This document shows positions 27,593 to 37,443 of a stretch of 64,000 nucleotides of DNA, one piece after another. The notes under the pieces are model-generated. The model was not told the origin of the DNA, made no database searches, and saw nothing but the letters and a program-made list of their open reading frames with translations. Each line of letters opens with the position of its first letter. The first letter of the stretch is position 1. The position numbers were made by a program, and so were the translations under genes. The stretch lies in assembly GCA_963825055.1 (NCBI GenBank), contig CAWGSK010000034.1, forward strand, positions 64,001 through 128,000, read 5' to 3'. Origin of the DNA: an uncultured Gemmatimonadales bacterium. GTDB lineage: Bacteria; Gemmatimonadota; Gemmatimonadetes; Gemmatimonadales; GWC2-71-9.

Positions 27593-28442
27593 TCTCCCTC
27601 CCCATTGCATCCCGCACCGCATCCCCCAGCAGCGTACTCGCCACCACCACCAGCACCAGCGCCGCGCCCGGGAAGAGCGCCCCCCAGGGGGCGTTCACGA
27701 GGGTATCGCGCCCCGAGGCGATCATGTTGCCCCAGGACGGGGCAGGAGGCTGTACGCCGAGCCCGAGGAAGGAGAGCCCTGCTTCGAGCATGATCGCGTT
27801 ACCGAGGCCGAGCGCGGCGGCCACGATGACCGGGGTGAGGGCATTGGGGATGACGTGGCGGAACAGCACCCGTGTTCGCCCGGCGCCGAGCGCGCGCGCG
27901 CCGTCCACGAAGGGACGTGCGGCCAGCGACTGCACCTCTCCGTGCACCAGGCGCGCGACCGACATCCAGCCGGTGAACCCCAGGACCAGGACGACGAGCA
28001 GCGCGCTGGGCTGCCACAGCGCTGCCAGGAGGAGGAGGAGCACGACACGGGGGAGGGCGAGCGCGAAGTCCGTGAACCCGAGCAGCACGGTCCCGACACC
28101 GCGCTGCCAGAGGCCCGCCACCGCTCCGATCACGAGGCCGAGCGTGGCGGAGATGAGCACCGCGAGGCCGCCCACCACGAGCGACACCCTGGCGCCATAG
28201 ACCAGCCGGGTCCAGAGGTCGCGGCCGAAACGGTCGGTGCCGAGCAGGTGGAAGGCGCCGAAGGGATCGGTGGCGAACGGCGCGAGGAATCGCGTCGCCA
28301 CCACATCGTGCTGGGCCGCGGGGTCACCCGCCGTGATCAGCGGCGCCAGCAGCGCTGCTGCCACGGCGAGTCCGAGCACGATGGCGCCGGCACGCCCCCG
28401 CCCGTCCTTCAGGACACGTCGCAGGAGCGAGGTCTCACGCAT
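27585..28442 (-). CDS. Peptide/nickel-type ABC transporter permease (OppC/DppC-like)
   Basis: HLLGTDRFGRDLWTRLVYGARVSL, FVDGARALGA..RVLFRHVIPN, EAGLSFLGLGVQPP.PSWG. Confidence 0.93.
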   Translation of the reverse strand: MRETSLLRRVLKDGRGRAGAIVLGLAVAAALLAPLITAGDPAAQHDVVATRFLAPFATDPFGAFHLLGTDRFGRDLWTRLVYGARVSLVVGGLAVLISATLGLVIGAVAGLWQRGVGTVLLGFTDFALALPRVVLLLLLAALWQPSALLVVLVLGFTGWMSVARLVHGEVQSLAARPFVDGARALGAGRTRVLFRHVIPNALTPVIVAAALGLGNAIMLEAGLSFLGLGVQPPAPSWGNMIASGRDTLVNAPWGALFPGAALVLVVVASTLLGDAVRDAMGRESE

Positions 28443-29406
28443 GCTGGTCCCGGACGCGCGGGTCCACACGGGTGACCAGGAGGTCGGCGAGCAGGTTTCC
28501 GGCGACCACCAGGACCGCGCTCACCGTCGTCGCCGCCATGACGACCGGATAGTCCCGCGCCTGCACCGCCTCCACCAGGATCCGGCCGACCCCGGGCCAG
28601 GCGAAAATCACCTCCACGAATACCGCGCCCGAGAACAGCGCGGGAAGCGAAAGCCCCAGCAGCGTGACGACCGGGACCATGGCATTCCGGAACACATGGC
28701 GCCAGAGGATGCGCCGGGGCGAGAGCCCTTTGGAGCGCGCGATCACCACGAAGGGCAGGCCGCGCACGTCGAGCACCGCCCCGCGGACGAACCGCGCGAC
28801 GCCGCCGATGCCGATGAGCGTCAGGGTGAGAAGTGGGAGGGCGAGATGCCGGAGGCGGTCGGCCACGCGCTCCCATCCGGCCAGGAAATCCGCGTCCAGC
28901 CCCGCGGCGCCGAATGCCGGCAGCCATCCGAGCAGGTAGGTGAACAGCATCACCAGCATGAGGCCGAGCCAGTAACTCGGCATGGCGAAGAGCGTCACGG
29001 TAGAGACGGACAGCGATGTATCGAGGGTGGATCCTCCACGCGCACCCTGGATCACCCCGACCAGGATGCCGATCAGGTAGCTCGCCAGGAGTGACAGGCC
29101 GACCAGGACGACCGTGGCCGGCCAGGCCCGGCCAAGCATCGCGGCCACCGGGCGCCCCGTGGCAATGCTGCGTCCCCAGTCGCCCCGCAGAAATCGGCCT
29201 ACCCAGGTGACGAACTGGGCCGGAAGCGGGCGGTCGAGACCGAGGGCATGCCGCTGCTCCTCCACCTGTGTGGCGCTCGCGCCGGGCCCGAGGAGGCGCG
29301 CGACCGGGTCGCCGGGCGCGACCTGAAGCAGGGCGAAGGTGAGCGCGACGACCCCGAGGACCACCGCGAGTCCGGCCAGCAGCCGGCGCGTGAGGAAGGA
29401 GAGCAT
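28435..29406 (-). CDS. Peptide/nickel-type ABC transporter permease (OppB/DppB-like)
   Basis: APGDP, LGLDRPLP.QF, ARSKGLS..RILWRHVFRNA, EVIFAWPGVG, RDYPVV. Confidence 0.93.
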   Translation of the reverse strand: MLSFLTRRLLAGLAVVLGVVALTFALLQVAPGDPVARLLGPGASATQVEEQRHALGLDRPLPAQFVTWVGRFLRGDWGRSIATGRPVAAMLGRAWPATVVLVGLSLLASYLIGILVGVIQGARGGSTLDTSLSVSTVTLFAMPSYWLGLMLVMLFTYLLGWLPAFGAAGLDADFLAGWERVADRLRHLALPLLTLTLIGIGGVARFVRGAVLDVRGLPFVVIARSKGLSPRRILWRHVFRNAMVPVVTLLGLSLPALFSGAVFVEVIFAWPGVGRILVEAVQARDYPVVMAATTVSAVLVVAGNLLADLLVTRVDPRVRDQHA

Positions 29407-29448
29407 GCCGCAATCTCAGGACAAGCGGCCGGCGGCGCCAGCACGGGT

Positions 29449-29493
29449 GACCGCCCTGTCCGTCCCGTCCGCCCTGTCCGCCCTGTCCGCCCT
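29449..29493 (+). repeat. Tandem 9-mer GTCCGCCCT x5 (two variants)
   Basis: GACCGCCCT GTCCGTCCC GTCCGCCCT GTCCGCCCT GTCCGCCCT in the divergent intergenic region. Confidence 0.85.
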
Positions 29494-29510
29494 GTGACTA
29501 ATATCTATCT

Positions 29511-30959
29511 GTGTTCCGATCCCTCCTCCTCGTCATCCTGGTGGCGGGCGCCGCGTGCGCGGACCCGGGCCAGCGCCGGCCCGGAACCGTGCTCTTCGCC
29601 TCGGGCGCCGACCTCCAGAGCATGAACCCCCTCATCACGCTGCACCCGCTGGCCCGCCAGGTCCAGCGCTACGTGCTGCTGACCACGCTCGTGCGATACG
29701 ATTCCACCCTGCGCACGGAACCGTACCTGGCACGCAGGTGGGAGTGGTCCGCCGACGGGCGGCGCCTCACGATGCACCTTTTCGATGGTCTCCGGTGGCA
29801 GGACGGCGTGCCCACGACCGCGCGCGACGCCGCCTTCACCCTGAACGCCGCGCGCGACCCCGTGACCGGCTACCCCCGCCAGCGCGAACTTGACGGCATG
29901 GACACTGTCATCGCGGTCGACGACTCGACACTGTCGATCGCATTCCGCGCCGCGCCCGGCGGACTCCCCGACGTCCTGACCGACCTCGCCGTCGCGCCCG
30001 CGCACTGGCTCGACTCCGTCCCGCGGGATCGGATGCGCCGCGCCGCCTGGAACCAGGCTCCCGTCGGGAACGGGCCCTTCCGCTTCATCACGCACGACCC
30101 GAACCGCCGCTGGGTCTTCGTGGCCGATCCGCGGTTCCCTGCCGCGCTGGGCGGACCCCCGCACGTCGAGCGCCTCGTGGTGGCGATCGTGGACGAGCCG
30201 ACCACCAAGCTCGCCGCGCTCGCCGCAGGGGAGCTGGACTTCGCGGGGATCAACCCGGCCCACGCTTCGTTCGTGGAACATGACCCGCAGCTCGCCGTCC
30301 TCAGTTATCCGCTGATCTTCACCTACGGCCTCATTCTCAATACCCGGCGCCCCCCGTTCGACGATCCTGTGGTGCGCCAGGCCATTTCGCTGGCAGTCAA
30401 CCGGCAGGAGATCGTGCAGGGGTACCTCTATGGCTTCGGCACTCCGGCCTATGGTCCGGTTCCACCCGGCCTTCCGGGTGCCCTCACGCCGGAACCGGTG
30501 CCGTGGGATCCGGATTCCGCCCGGAAACTGCTTGCGGGACGGGACGTTCACTTCGACCTGCTCACCGTCGGCAGCGGTGAAGCAGCGCTTGAACAGATGG
30601 TGCAGGCCCAGCTTGCGAAGGCCGGCATCACGGTCACGATCCGCCAGATGGAACTCTCGGCGTTCCTGGACCGGGTGTATGCCGCCGACCCGGCATTTTC
30701 CGCGGCCGTGACCGGCATCCCGGGTGATCCCGGCCTGGGCTACCTCTCGCCGCTCGCCGCCGTGGCAGGCATACCCGATGGTGGGGGCCCGCCCGCCTTG
30801 CAGGAGCGCTTCCGTAAATCGACCGCGGTAGTTTTCCTCTACCATGCGCGGGGCGTGCAGGGCATGAACCGCCGGATGCTGGACGTGCGGATGGACCTGC
30901 GCGGCGAGCTGGCCACCGTCAGCGACTGGCGGACCACCGGCAGGGCGGCTGGACCATGA
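29511..30959 (+). CDS. Family 5 ABC transporter substrate-binding lipoprotein
   Basis: Lipobox GAAC; PYLARRWEWS.DG..LT.HL..GLRWQDGVPTTARD, PVGNGPFRF, PFDDPVVRQAI..AVNRQEI. Confidence 0.9.
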   Translation: MFRSLLLVILVAGAACADPGQRRPGTVLFASGADLQSMNPLITLHPLARQVQRYVLLTTLVRYDSTLRTEPYLARRWEWSADGRRLTMHLFDGLRWQDGVPTTARDAAFTLNAARDPVTGYPRQRELDGMDTVIAVDDSTLSIAFRAAPGGLPDVLTDLAVAPAHWLDSVPRDRMRRAAWNQAPVGNGPFRFITHDPNRRWVFVADPRFPAALGGPPHVERLVVAIVDEPTTKLAALAAGELDFAGINPAHASFVEHDPQLAVLSYPLIFTYGLILNTRRPPFDDPVVRQAISLAVNRQEIVQGYLYGFGTPAYGPVPPGLPGALTPEPVPWDPDSARKLLAGRDVHFDLLTVGSGEAALEQMVQAQLAKAGITVTIRQMELSAFLDRVYAADPAFSAAVTGIPGDPGLGYLSPLAAVAGIPDGGGPPALQERFRKSTAVVFLYHARGVQGMNRRMLDVRMDLRGELATVSDWRTTGRAAGP

Positions 30960-31952
30960 CCGGGCCGCTGTGCATCAGGGCGCCGCTCCGGCTCGACCTC
31001 GCGGGGGGCTGGACCGACGTCCCTCCATTCAGCGCCGAAGTGGGCGGCAGCGTCGTGAATGTGGCCATCGGCCTCTCGACGACCGTGCGCTGGCGGCCGG
31101 AGGGCAGGACGGTCCGCCTCTCGTCACGGGACCTTGAGGCAACCCTGGAGGCTCCCTCCGCGGACATGCTTCCGCACGGGGGCCCCCTTGAGCTGGTGGC
31201 TGCGGCAGCCCGGCGTCTCGGCCTGCCGCCGGGCTCTCTTGAAACCGCTTCCGAGGCCCCCCCAGGCTCGGGCCTCGGAAGCAGCGGGTCCCTTGGCGTT
31301 GCCCTGGTGCACGCGATGCGGCAGGCCCGCGGCGAGGCGGTGACGGCGATGGAGGCCGCGGAGACAGCGTGGTTGATCGAAACCGCCGATGCGGGTATCC
31401 CGGGTGGCCGGCAGGACCAGTACGCGGCGGCCCTGGGAGGCGTTCATCATTTCCGGTTCCGCGATCCCGGAGGTGGAGGTGGTCCGGCTCACCCCCGGAC
31501 GCGGGGTTCTGGATGCGCTGGCATCCCGTCTCGTCCTCTGCTACACCGGCACGTCGCGGATCTCGGGCCGGATGATCGCCCGCGTCGTCGAGGGATGGGA
31601 GGCGCGGCACGACCCCGTGGTGCGCGCGCTGCATGGCATGGTGGATGTCGCCGGGCGCATGAGCGACGCCGTCCGCTGTGGGGACCTGGCGGCGGTCGGT
31701 GCACTGCTGACGGAGAACTGGTCCCACCAGCAGGCGCTCGATCCCGGCATGCGGACGGATGCAATGGCGCACCTGGAACGCGCGATGCTGGACGCCGGCG
31801 CCCTGGGCGGGAAGGCGGCTGGCGCCGGGGCCGGCGGCTGCATGTTCTTCCTTGGCCCGGAGGATCCGGGGCCGCTGCACGCCGCCGCGCGAAGCGCTGG
31901 TGTCCGTGTCCTGCCGGTCACCTTGAGCATGGAGGGAGTACACGCGTGTTGA
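30956..31952 (+). CDS. GHMP-family sugar kinase (HddA/fucokinase-like), split by one extra base near 31466
   Basis: PLRLDLAGGWTDVPPF, PPGSGLGSSG, GGRQDQYAAALGG in one frame; YTGTSRISG, NWSHQQALDP, GGKAAGAGAGG in the next frame; junction GAT CCC G GAG. Confidence 0.88.
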
Positions 31953-34651
31953 CGGCTGAAGAGCTGGGCGCCCGGCGGGAGGCCGTGGCGGCGTCCGCCG
32001 ACCTGACCGAACTCTACGGGGCCCTGAAGCGGCGCGCCGCCCACTGGCGGGCGGACCGCCCAGCCGTTCCCCGGCGCAAGGCCATTCTTTCGACCACCGG
32101 CGGGGTCTGTCCGCGTGACGGCTCAGCACTCCGGTTCGATCCACGTGCCGGTGGCGCCCATGTGTGTCCGGTGTGCCACGAGCGCGTGAGCGACCAGCGG
32201 CACGAGGACTGGTGGGTCCGCTTCCAGCATCTGTGGATGGCCGAGCGGACCGCCGAACAGGCCGCAGTGGGTGCCATCGGGGAGGACCGGGAAGCACTCG
32301 CCGCCGCGCGGGAGGTACTGGAAGAGTACGCCGGGGTGTACCATGCCCTTCCCAACCGGGACAACGTCCTCGGCCCGACCCGCCTGTTCTTCTCGACCTA
32401 TCTCGAGTCCATCTGGCTCGGTAACTATCTCTCGGCGGCAGTCCTGCTCCGCGAAATGGACGCGCTGGATGACGCGGCATCCGATGCCGTGAGCGGTGTG
32501 GCCGATGCCGCGGCGCACCTGATCGGGGAGTTCAACGAGGGGCTCTCCAACCGGCAGACGTGGCACGCCGCCGCGCTGACCGCGGTGGCCGCCTGGTTCG
32601 GCGACGAGGACCTGGCCCGCGATGCGATCGAATCACGAACGGGACTGATCGGCCACCTGCTGGAGGGTTTCGGCGACGACGGCCTGTGGTACGAAGGGGA
32701 GAACTACCACCTCTTCGCGCTGCGTGGGCTCCTCACCGGCCTCTCCTGGGCCCGGTACATGGGCGCGGACATCATGGAGGACGCGGACCTCGCCGCCCAT
32801 GTTCATCTCGCCTTGCGCGCCCCGATGCTGACCGCACTTCCTGACCTGACCTTCCCCGCGCGGAAGGATGCCCGCTTCGGTGTTTCCCTCGCCCAGCCGA
32901 TGTACGCCGAACTCTGGGAAACCGGGCGGGCGTGGAGCCGCGACGAGGAGCGGGAACGGCTCGAGCGGTGGCTGGTGTCGCTCTACGGGGCGCCCGCGCC
33001 GGGTCCGGCGACATTCGACTCCTGGCTGCACGAGGCGGGTGAGGAGGGCGCCGGCAAGGGGCGGACGGGCCTTTCCTGGTGGATGCTGCTCGAAATGCTG
33101 CCGGATCCTCCCGGTGGGGAGCCGTGGGAAGGGGAGACGGTGCTCCTTCCTTCACAGGGGTTCGCGATCCTGCGCGAGGGGCAGCGATATGCCGGCATCG
33201 AGGCCGGACCGACCGGCGGGGGCCACGGCCACCCCGACCGGCTGAACCTGATCGTGCATGCGGCCGGCCGGTACTGGCTGCCGGACCTGGGGACCGGCTC
33301 CTATGTGAGCCCGGATCTCTTCTGGTATCGTTCGAGCCTGTCCCACAACGCGCCCCGGCTCGATGGCCGCTCACAGGAATCCGGCCGGGCGAGTTGCGAG
33401 ATGTTCGACATGCAGGATGGGTGGAGCTGGGTGCGGGGACGTTTCGGCGAGATGACCCGTACGGTGATCGCAGCCCCTGAGTACCTGCTCGATATCGTCG
33501 AACTGGCCGCGGAACTCCCGCATGTCCTGGAGCTGCCATGGCACCTGATGGGAGACGTCACGGCGCCGGGCAGCAGGGGGCCGGCGGAGATCAACAGTGA
33601 GTTTGCCCGCGATGCCGAGCGACTCGTTGGTGGAGAGGCGGGTGGAGGGGTCAGGCTCGACGCCGAAGCGGATGGGGCACACGCCCGTCTCATCCTGTCC
33701 GGCGGTGAAGTGCTTCGGGCGGTGGGGCCGGGCATCCCGGGGGGGCCGCCGGCCCCGTTCTTCGTGCAGCGCGGGGAGGGGCGCCATGTCCGCTTCGTCA
33801 ACGTGATCGGGCTGGATCCGGCACAGCCGGTCGCCGCGCTCCGCACCGATGGTGACGTGGTGGAGGTGGACCTGCCTTCGGGCACGGACCGGCATGCCCC
33901 GCAGGCCCTGGGCTGGCAGGTCTCCCGCGCGAATAAGACATGGCGGCTCGGTGGTCCGCTTCCGGACCAGGGCCCGATCCAGACGCTCTTCTCGCGTACC
34001 GTCACGCAGGTCAGCGAGGCGCAGGTTCCATGGGTGAGCGATCCGCCGCCGCTCGATGGAACCATGGAGGGCTTTCCGGGCACCGTACGGATTGCGCTGG
34101 ATCATGACGACCAGTACCGCCGCACGGAGGATCCGTGGGAAGGGCCCGGGGAGTTCTCCGCGGGCGCGGAACTGGCATGGAACGAAGGGGGCCTGTACGC
34201 GGCCGTTGATGTCCGGAAGCCGGAACTGGTTTTCCGCCCCCCCGACGACACCCCGCTCGGGCTGGACAATGAAACGGACGATATCAACAGTGACGGGCTG
34301 CAGGTGTACGTGACCATCGACGACATCACGCGCGGGTGGCTGGTCGTGCCCGACGTGTCAGCGGACAGCCTCCGGGTCCAGCCGGTCTCCGGCATGGACA
34401 CGCCCGGCGTCTCGCTCGAGGGCCGGTGGTCCGCGACGGATGTTGGCTATCGTGTCACGATGGCCCTCCGCCCGGAGGATATCGAGTTCGGGCATGGCGA
34501 GCGGCTCGGGTTCGAACTGGTGGTGAACGAAATGCGTGAGGGGCGGGCGCGGCGGGCCGGACAGCTCGTCTGGACCGGTCGTGGCGGATGGGCCTACCTG
34601 CGCGGGGATCGTGAGGATCCGGCCAACTTCGGGACGCTCGAGCTGGTATGA
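31946..34651 (+). CDS. Heparinase II/III-like protein (alpha/alpha toroid plus beta-sandwich) with C-terminal CBM9/DOMON-like domain
   Basis: GGAGGGAG RBS then GTG 31946; SNRQTWH, DGLWYEGENYH, GGGHGHPDRLNL, WYRSSLSHNAP; WNEGGLY..V.V...DGLQVY...GFELVVN sugar-binding-like tail. Confidence 0.8.
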   Translation: MLTAEELGARREAVAASADLTELYGALKRRAAHWRADRPAVPRRKAILSTTGGVCPRDGSALRFDPRAGGAHVCPVCHERVSDQRHEDWWVRFQHLWMAERTAEQAAVGAIGEDREALAAAREVLEEYAGVYHALPNRDNVLGPTRLFFSTYLESIWLGNYLSAAVLLREMDALDDAASDAVSGVADAAAHLIGEFNEGLSNRQTWHAAALTAVAAWFGDEDLARDAIESRTGLIGHLLEGFGDDGLWYEGENYHLFALRGLLTGLSWARYMGADIMEDADLAAHVHLALRAPMLTALPDLTFPARKDARFGVSLAQPMYAELWETGRAWSRDEERERLERWLVSLYGAPAPGPATFDSWLHEAGEEGAGKGRTGLSWWMLLEMLPDPPGGEPWEGETVLLPSQGFAILREGQRYAGIEAGPTGGGHGHPDRLNLIVHAAGRYWLPDLGTGSYVSPDLFWYRSSLSHNAPRLDGRSQESGRASCEMFDMQDGWSWVRGRFGEMTRTVIAAPEYLLDIVELAAELPHVLELPWHLMGDVTAPGSRGPAEINSEFARDAERLVGGEAGGGVRLDAEADGAHARLILSGGEVLRAVGPGIPGGPPAPFFVQRGEGRHVRFVNVIGLDPAQPVAALRTDGDVVEVDLPSGTDRHAPQALGWQVSRANKTWRLGGPLPDQGPIQTLFSRTVTQVSEAQVPWVSDPPPLDGTMEGFPGTVRIALDHDDQYRRTEDPWEGPGEFSAGAELAWNEGGLYAAVDVRKPELVFRPPDDTPLGLDNETDDINSDGLQVYVTIDDITRGWLVVPDVSADSLRVQPVSGMDTPGVSLEGRWSATDVGYRVTMALRPEDIEFGHGERLGFELVVNEMREGRARRAGQLVWTGRGGWAYLRGDREDPANFGTLELV

Positions 34652-35847
34652 ACCGCCCCGATGATCCCGCGGTTGCCGGTTTTACCTCCACGGGGAGCAA
34701 GCACCCACGGCTCCTCTACGGTGTCGAACCGATGGTCGCGGTGGAGGACGGGCTGCCGGTCCGGGTGGCGCGAGCCCGGGGTGCCATGGTGACCGACAAC
34801 GAGGGCCGGGAATACCTCGACTTCATCATGGCGCTGGGTGCGGTGGCCCTGGGGTACGGGCATCCGGACGTGACCCGCGCGGCAGTGCGCGCCGTGGAGG
34901 AGGGTGGAGTGGGACCGCTGGCCCCCGTGCTCGAGGAGCAGGTGGCCGCACGGCTGGTCACGCTGTTGCCACCGGTCGAGCGGGTGCGGTTCCTCAAGAC
35001 CGGGGCGGAGGCGGTGGCGGCCGCGGTGCGGCTCGCGCGCGCCTGCACTGGGCGGGATCTGGTCATCGGGTGTGGCTATCACGGATGGCTCGACTGGTGC
35101 AGCGACGGTCCGGGCGTGCCCAGTGCCACCCGATCCCTGTTCACGCGGATCCCCTTCAACGACCCGCAGTCCGCCCGGGAGGCCATCCGCGCCGCCGGTG
35201 ACCGGCTCGCCTGCGTCGTCCTCGAACCGGTGGTGGAAGCCTGGCCCGACCCGGAGTGGCTGCGTATCGTGCGGGAGGAGACCGCGCGGACAGGCGCGCT
35301 TCTCGTGCTGGACGAAATCAAGACGGCGTTCCGGGTGCACCGGGGCGGGGCAGCCGGGCGGTTCGGGATTCCGGCGGACCTGGTCGTGGTGGGCAAGGCG
35401 CTGGCGAACGGCTTCCCGCTCGCGGCAGTGGGGGGGCGCGCTTCGGTCATGGAAGCCGTGGGCCGGGCATGGATTTCATCCACGCTGGCCACGGAATGGG
35501 TTTCCCTGGCCGCCGCCCTCGCGACGCTTGATGTCATGGCATCGGTGGACCTTCCCGCCGCCCTCGAGCGCTCCGGCCAGGCCTGGTGCGACGGCCTGGC
35601 GTCCCGGGCCGGCAGCGGACCGCTGGCGTCCGTGCGCGGGGTTCCGGCGATGTCCCTGTGTGTGTGGGCGACTGTCGAGTCCGGGAACCGGGTGGTCCGC
35701 GCCGCCGCCCGCCATGGCCTGCTGCTCAAGCGCGATGCCTACAACTTCACCTCGCTCGCGCATGGGATGGACGAGGTGACACGGGCCCTGTCTCTGTTCG
35801 ACCTGGCGCTCGAGGATGCAGGGAGGGAGCGGACCAGTGCTGGTTGA
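34648..35847 (+). CDS. Class III PLP aminotransferase (GSA aminomutase-like)
   Basis: ARGA.VTD.EGREYLDF, RFLKTGAEAV.AAVRLAR, GYHGW, LDEIKTAFR, GKALANGFPLAAVGG. Confidence 0.9.
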   Translation: MNRPDDPAVAGFTSTGSKHPRLLYGVEPMVAVEDGLPVRVARARGAMVTDNEGREYLDFIMALGAVALGYGHPDVTRAAVRAVEEGGVGPLAPVLEEQVAARLVTLLPPVERVRFLKTGAEAVAAAVRLARACTGRDLVIGCGYHGWLDWCSDGPGVPSATRSLFTRIPFNDPQSAREAIRAAGDRLACVVLEPVVEAWPDPEWLRIVREETARTGALLVLDEIKTAFRVHRGGAAGRFGIPADLVVVGKALANGFPLAAVGGRASVMEAVGRAWISSTLATEWVSLAAALATLDVMASVDLPAALERSGQAWCDGLASRAGSGPLASVRGVPAMSLCVWATVESGNRVVRAAARHGLLLKRDAYNFTSLAHGMDEVTRALSLFDLALEDAGRERTSAG

Positions 35848-36646
35848 CGTCCACGCCCATTTCTGGCACGACCGCTCGCCGCGCGCCGACTGGCAGGAAG
35901 TGAACGCCAGCCGGCTTCGCTGGGGCGAGCGTATCGGGATCACCTGGCACGTGGCCTCGATCCTCGGCAGCTGGGGACGGGACTCCCCCACGTACTTCCC
36001 ATCCCCCGCGGACGTCTCCCACGGCAATGCCGTGATGCGGCAACTGGCCGCCGCGCACCCCGGGCAGGTGCTCGGGTACGTTACAGTCAACCCGAATTAC
36101 CCCGAGCATGCGCGGGACGAAGTGCGGGCTGGTGTCGAGGGTGGCATGGTCGGTATCAAGCTCGCCGCGAGCCGCCGCGTAACGGATCCGCTCGTGGACG
36201 GTATTGCGGGCCTGGCCCGCGAGCACGGCCTGCCGGTGCTCCAGCACATCTGGCAGCATCGCCGGCGCGACTGGCCCGGGCAGGAGGCATCGGACGGCGC
36301 CGAGCTGGCCGTCCTCGCTGGTCGGCACCCCGACGTTGCCTTCATCCTCGCGCACCTGGGTGGGGGAGGCGACTGGCTGCACACGCTGCATGCCGTGCGA
36401 CGGGTCGACAACGTATTCATCGACCTCTCCGGCAGCGGCGCGGACGGCGGAATGCTCGAGGCGGCGATCGATGCCGCGGGCGCGGGCCGCCTGCTGTGGG
36501 GCTGCGATCTCACCATCTGCACCGGCCTTGCCAAACTCCGCCGGCTGGAGGGCCTGCTCGATCCCGAATCGTTCGAGGGTGTCCGCTGGCGGAATGCGGC
36601 GGCGATTTTCCCTGAAGGAGCCTTCAGCGGCGGAGCCCGGCGATGA
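35837..36646 (+). CDS. Amidohydrolase_2-type TIM-barrel metallohydrolase
   Basis: VDVHAH, GIKL, PVLQH, ILAHLGG, LLWGCD; GTG start at 35837. Confidence 0.88.
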   Translation: MLVDVHAHFWHDRSPRADWQEVNASRLRWGERIGITWHVASILGSWGRDSPTYFPSPADVSHGNAVMRQLAAAHPGQVLGYVTVNPNYPEHARDEVRAGVEGGMVGIKLAASRRVTDPLVDGIAGLAREHGLPVLQHIWQHRRRDWPGQEASDGAELAVLAGRHPDVAFILAHLGGGGDWLHTLHAVRRVDNVFIDLSGSGADGGMLEAAIDAAGAGRLLWGCDLTICTGLAKLRRLEGLLDPESFEGVRWRNAAAIFPEGAFSGGARR

Positions 36647-37443
36647 GCCTGGTCGACGTGAATGCATTCATCGGGGCGTACCCGTGGCGACGCGTGCCCG
36701 GGACGGCGCCTGCCGACCTGCTCGCAGCGATGGACCGGACGGGGATCGACCAGGCCTGGGTAAGCCACCTGCCCGGTGTGTTCTGGCGTGACCCGATGGA
36801 GGGGAACGGCTTCCTGTTCGACCTCGCCCGCGCGGAACCACGCTTCTCGGCAGTGCCCGCGATCCACCCCGGCCTGGCCGGCTGGCGCGACGCGCTGCGC
36901 GTGGCCCGTGAGTCCGGCGCTCCCGCCGTGCGATGTGACCCTGCCTTCCACGCCCTGGCGCCGGCCGGGACGGAGATGCACGAACTGGCCCGCGCCTGCG
37001 GCGATGCGGGGATGCTCCTCATGATGGCCGTGCGGCTCGAGGACGCCCGACAGCGCCATCCGCGCGACACGGCCCCGGAACTCTCCGGTGCCGACCTGCG
37101 TGGCCTGCTGCGCTGCGATGACCGGCTGCGCCTGCTCGTTACGCACGCCGACCGGGCTCTCATCCATGAGGTCCATTTCGGCAGCACCACGACCGAAGCG
37201 TCGCGCGTGTGGTGGGACATCTCGTGGCTCTGGGGCCCTCCCGAGGAGCATCTGGCACGGCTGGTGCATGAGATCGGGACGGACCGCCTGGTGTTCGGCA
37301 CCGGACAGCCCCTGCGCCTTCCGGAATCGGGGGTAGCCCGGCTGGAGCTGACCGACCTGGACGACGTGGCCGTGAGCGCCATCGGCTCGGGCAACGCCCG
37401 GGCCGCCGCCGGGATTTCCTCCGCCAGGACTGGACGGCAGTGA
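36643..37443 (+). CDS. Amidohydrolase-fold protein with degenerate metal site
   Basis: VDVNAFIG in place of DxHxH; LLAAMDRTGID, LLVTH, RLVFGTGQP; ATGA overlap. Confidence 0.8.
   Translation: MSLVDVNAFIGAYPWRRVPGTAPADLLAAMDRTGIDQAWVSHLPGVFWRDPMEGNGFLFDLARAEPRFSAVPAIHPGLAGWRDALRVARESGAPAVRCDPAFHALAPAGTEMHELARACGDAGMLLMMAVRLEDARQRHPRDTAPELSGADLRGLLRCDDRLRLLVTHADRALIHEVHFGSTTTEASRVWWDISWLWGPPEEHLARLVHEIGTDRLVFGTGQPLRLPESGVARLELTDLDDVAVSAIGSGNARAAAGISSARTGRQ

Noticed and set aside
30956..34651. 1231-aa GHMP kinase-heparinase fusion protein
   Set aside because: Explained by one extra base near 31466; the kinase C-terminal half is intact in another frame and the downstream gene has its own RBS
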